A DNA stretch of 42,998 nucleotides from Catajapyx aquilonaris (taxonomy: Eukaryota), in contig KZ538878.1 of the NCBI GenBank assembly GCA_000934665.2, forward strand, positions 1-42,998, in the 5' to 3' direction. Within the stretch, counting starts at the first letter, position 1, and every line of letters begins with the position of its first letter. A program made the translations under genes and the position numbers. Positions 40,114 through 42,998 of this stretch are shown piece by piece. The notes below the pieces were generated by a model. The model had not been told where the DNA came from, did no database searches, and worked only from the letters and a program-made list of their open reading frames with translations.

Positions 40114-40463
40114 AATGGAAAAGACTTACATGCCAGTAATGGTGCAACTACTTTTCCAACAGAGAACCTTTTCCACACTGCCCCTCAACACATTTCGAAC
40201 GTGAGTCACCCCCTTCGCGAGTCCCACATATCCTGTTTCTCTCACAGAGTATGACACGTTCCACCCTCGTCCAGAAAACCCCTTTTTGCCCACACACACA
40301 CACACACAGCCACATTACGTCACACTCTCCATTAATATGTGCATTAAAAAAAAAAAGGAACGAAAAGAGAAGAGAGAGGGAGGCCAGGCCTAGAGAGAGA
40401 TTGTCGTTCTTTTTTCTTATTCTGTCATTTCTTTTCCCCTCCGTGTGTGTCACTCTGGCTCAC

Positions 40464-40916
40464 CTTTTTCGAGGGTAGTCAGGAATAGTGGCCTGTCCCT
40501 CCTTCCAGTTGTAGTGGAGGTCCGGTCATGGCCGCCGGACGGATCTGGCAAGGGGATGGGGGGAGGGGGGGAGGGGAGGGCAGCCCCCGGTGCCGATGGT
40601 GGTGGTGGTCCACCAAGGGGCAAAGGGTTTGGGGGTTGGGAGGAGAAAAAAAAGGAGGAATTGAGGGAAGGGGGACAGGGGGCAAGAGAGAGAGAGACTT
40701 CGCGAATTGAAGTCTGGGGGGGGTCTGGATTCACGTTGCCATTTTCTCCTTCTCCATTCTTTTCTGCGCGGCTGGCAGGACGAGTCTACGCCCCTTCTTT
40801 CCAGAGAGGGGGGGACTCGCATCCAGGCTTCGTGTGCTGGCTGGGGGAGGGGGGAGGGGGGAAGGGGAATGGTGGGCGCGTTCGGATCTCTCAAGAGGTC
40901 CAGAGGTGTGACGTCA
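40464..40916 (-). promoter_or_regulatory. Putative PTEN non-coding first exon and promoter
   Basis: GC-rich, pyrimidine-rich (minus-strand) island ending in the donor AAAAAG|GTGAGC at 40464; full CRE palindrome TGACGTCA at 40909-40916; next acceptor TTTTCCAG| at 36312. Confidence 0.45.
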
Positions 40917-41078
40917 TTTGCGGGGAGGCTGGATTGATTGCTGCCATTAATAATGTCAGTAGATTTAAATGGCAAATTCCTTTCAATGTCCATTACATAC
41001 CAATAATTCAAATAAAAAAGAAAAGAAAGTCTAAAAATAAAAACAAAAATTTAGAAGTACTGTACTTTGTAGAATGAA

Positions 41079-41542
41079 AGGGTGTCTCAACTTTTTTTTG
41101 TCCGAACAGTTATCGGAAAAAGCCTATGTATCTTCTATACAGAGGTGGGCACAGCTAACTTTCGATAACAGCTAACTTGCTCAGAAAAACCATGGACATC
41201 ACCAAATCGTTAATTCTTAACAGCTAGAAAGGTTAGTGGAAACCCTCCTAATCATTCTTCTAGCTGTTTATCATTAGCAATTTAGCGCCGCCCATGGATT
41301 ACTAACCGAATTAGCTGTTAGCGGAAGTTAGCTGAGCTGAAATTTCGGTTAGCTTGCCCAGCTCTGCTTCTATAGGCTAGCTATGTAGCCAGAATATGCC
41401 CTGACATTCCTGGCACATCCCTCAACTGGTAAAGCCAGGGAAGCATCACTGGTTGCAATAAGTCACTGCTTTAAAAAAAAAATTAGTCAGCTTATTGCAA
41501 TATTTCCGATAATTGTTCGGACAAAAAAGTTGAGACACTCTG
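41079..41542. mobile_element. mariner-like MITE hosting a nested hAT-like MITE
   Basis: AGGGTGTCTCAACTTTTTTTTGTCCGAACAGTTATCGGAAA / TTTCCGATAATTGTTCGGACAAAAAAGTTGAGACACTCTG|TA. Confidence 0.8.
41140..41366. mobile_element. hAT-like MITE with 8-bp target-site duplication
   Basis: TIR CAGAGGTGGGCA / TGCCCAGCTCTG; direct repeat CTTCTATA at 41132-41139 and 41367-41374; subterminal AGCTAAC repeats. Confidence 0.85.
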
Positions 41543-41548
41543 TATATG

Positions 41549-41665
41549 AAAATCTATAATATTAAAATGCTTGCGTTGCACGGCCGAGCCCTCTGATTGG
41601 TCCGCCCCGTATTGTTGCCGCCACCTTCTCCCATTGGCCCCCCGTCCATTGTTGCTGCGTCGTAT
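41549..41665. repeat. Promoter-like module duplicated at 42867-42998
   Basis: AAAATCTATAATATTAAAATGCTTGCGTTGCA...GCCCTCTGATTGGTCCGCCCC...GTCCATTGTTGCTGCGTCGTAT recurs ~1.32 kb downstream, running off the window end. Confidence 0.85.
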
Positions 41666-42071
41666 CCATGGCGCATTGTTACCACGACGCCTCCGATTGG
41701 CCCCCGTTCCGAGCATGCGCAGTGGGGGTGGAACACGTCCAGTTGCCTACTGGCCTCCTTGGGAGAAGGTCGCTTTTTTTCGTCTCTCCCGCCTCGGTCG
41801 TCGTCCCCCTGCCGGACCTTTACCCCTTCCCCACCTACGCTACCTGTCCCCCCTTCGCCACGGGTCACTGATGGTTATTGAAAAATGGCCGTAGGCACTG
41901 GCGGAGACGGGTGGAGAATAATGTAAGTTCGAAATTCGAGCATTTTGGCGGCTTACAGGGCTCAAAATCCATGCAAAATTTTCATTCACACAAATGTAAT
42001 AGCCTACCATGGCTGATCGGGCTGCTTAGGAACTGCGCGCGTAGGCCTACCCATGCGCGGTGATTTCACAG

Positions 42072-42400
42072 ATGGGAAGTTCAGTACACTGTCTTCGAGG
42101 CACTTCTTTCAGTGTATAGTGTCGGATTGTCGGAAACTGACTGCCGTCGAATGCGTAGAATCGAACGTAAGAAGGCGGGTTGCAGCAAATCTCACGCGTT
42201 CGAATTATTAGCCTGGAACGTACTATATTGTTGGATTTCCAGACAGCCAACTGGCAGGTTGTTTATAGAGTCAGTGAAGGTCATTGAGTTGGCACAACTG
42301 GCAACCAACAATAGAATCCAATTACACTGTACTCCCGATTATCAGGGTGCGGATAATGCGTGATGCATCGCCATAATATAACTCCGGATCCGACTCACCA
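42072..42400 (+). pseudogene. Possible decayed RNase H domain of a non-LTR retrotransposon
   Basis: Ordered remnants across frames: YTVFEA (cf. TVFQAE), PDSQLA (cf. SDSQAA), LATNNRIQLHCTPDYQG.DNA (cf. LA..N.V.L.WVPGH.G..GNE); frameshifts and stops present. Confidence 0.45.
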
Positions 42401-42998
42401 ACGAAAAAAATATATACCATACTTACTCTAGAAGGCAAAGTAAAAAATAATCTATGGTAAGTTTTATTTTTTGGATTAACCAAGCAAGCAGCATGCTCTT
42501 TGTACAGTAGTACATCAACAACCTGTGAATAGCTCCCTTTCCAGGATCATTCTCCGATTGTCCGTGTTTCCCAATTATCTTGCAACACCCGTTCAGTCAT
42601 TAGCTTGGATAATAATCGGGAGTACAGTGTACCTATGTGTACAGACTGTAGGGTCGCCCAGCTGTATTGTTGCATAAACACTGGGTAAGCTCTGTTCGCC
42701 ACCTTGAATCACAGCCATCATTGGAACCACAGATGGAAACCGTATTTTCAAATTGCGCACCCTTAACCCTTTCACAAGTTTTTGGCAGGTTTTTGGGCCG
42801 TCTCTTTCCTTCTTTTTGTTCAAAATTCGATGTAGGAGTGATATTAATGAATAACAACTTTGCGCCAAAATCTATAATATTAAAATGCTTGCGTTGCATG
42901 CATCTTGGTTGCATGTATAAGCCCTCTGATTGGTCCGCCCCCGCATTGTCGCCGCCACCTCTTCCCATTGGCCCCCGTCCATTGTTGCTGCGTCGTAT

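Noticed and set aside
40445..41077. 210-aa ORF in the G-rich island
   Set aside because: Low-complexity Gly-rich translation of a probable promoter/5' UTR; no ATG start and no domain.

Overview
Eukaryotic, intron-containing genomic DNA, probably from an arthropod (inferred from the style of the PTEN termini and the tRNA-derived SINE; the species cannot be fixed from the sequence). I reconstructed six protein-coding genes by hand from splice signals and reading phase: the last two exons of a CFAP299/C4orf22-like gene (+), FNIP (+, 10 exons, ~1025 aa), MAD2 (-, 5 exons, 205 aa), an F-box/LRR gene (-, ~442 aa, joined by a 52-nt GC-AG intron), METTL14 (+, 5 exons, ~439 aa) and PTEN (-). Non-coding DNA is dense with non-autonomous inverted-repeat elements (several nested), a 2.76-kb foldback element, a SINE with a target-site duplication, satellites and a probable decayed retrotransposon RNase H. 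The most notable feature is the PTEN locus. An upstream exon adds an in-frame 106-aa extension beginning MGAWFSC (a myristoylation/palmitoylation-type start) in a leaky-scanning arrangement. The gene also has a U12-type intron and several candidate alternative last exons, two of them beyond the foldback element. All gene identities come from motif recognition, not database searches.
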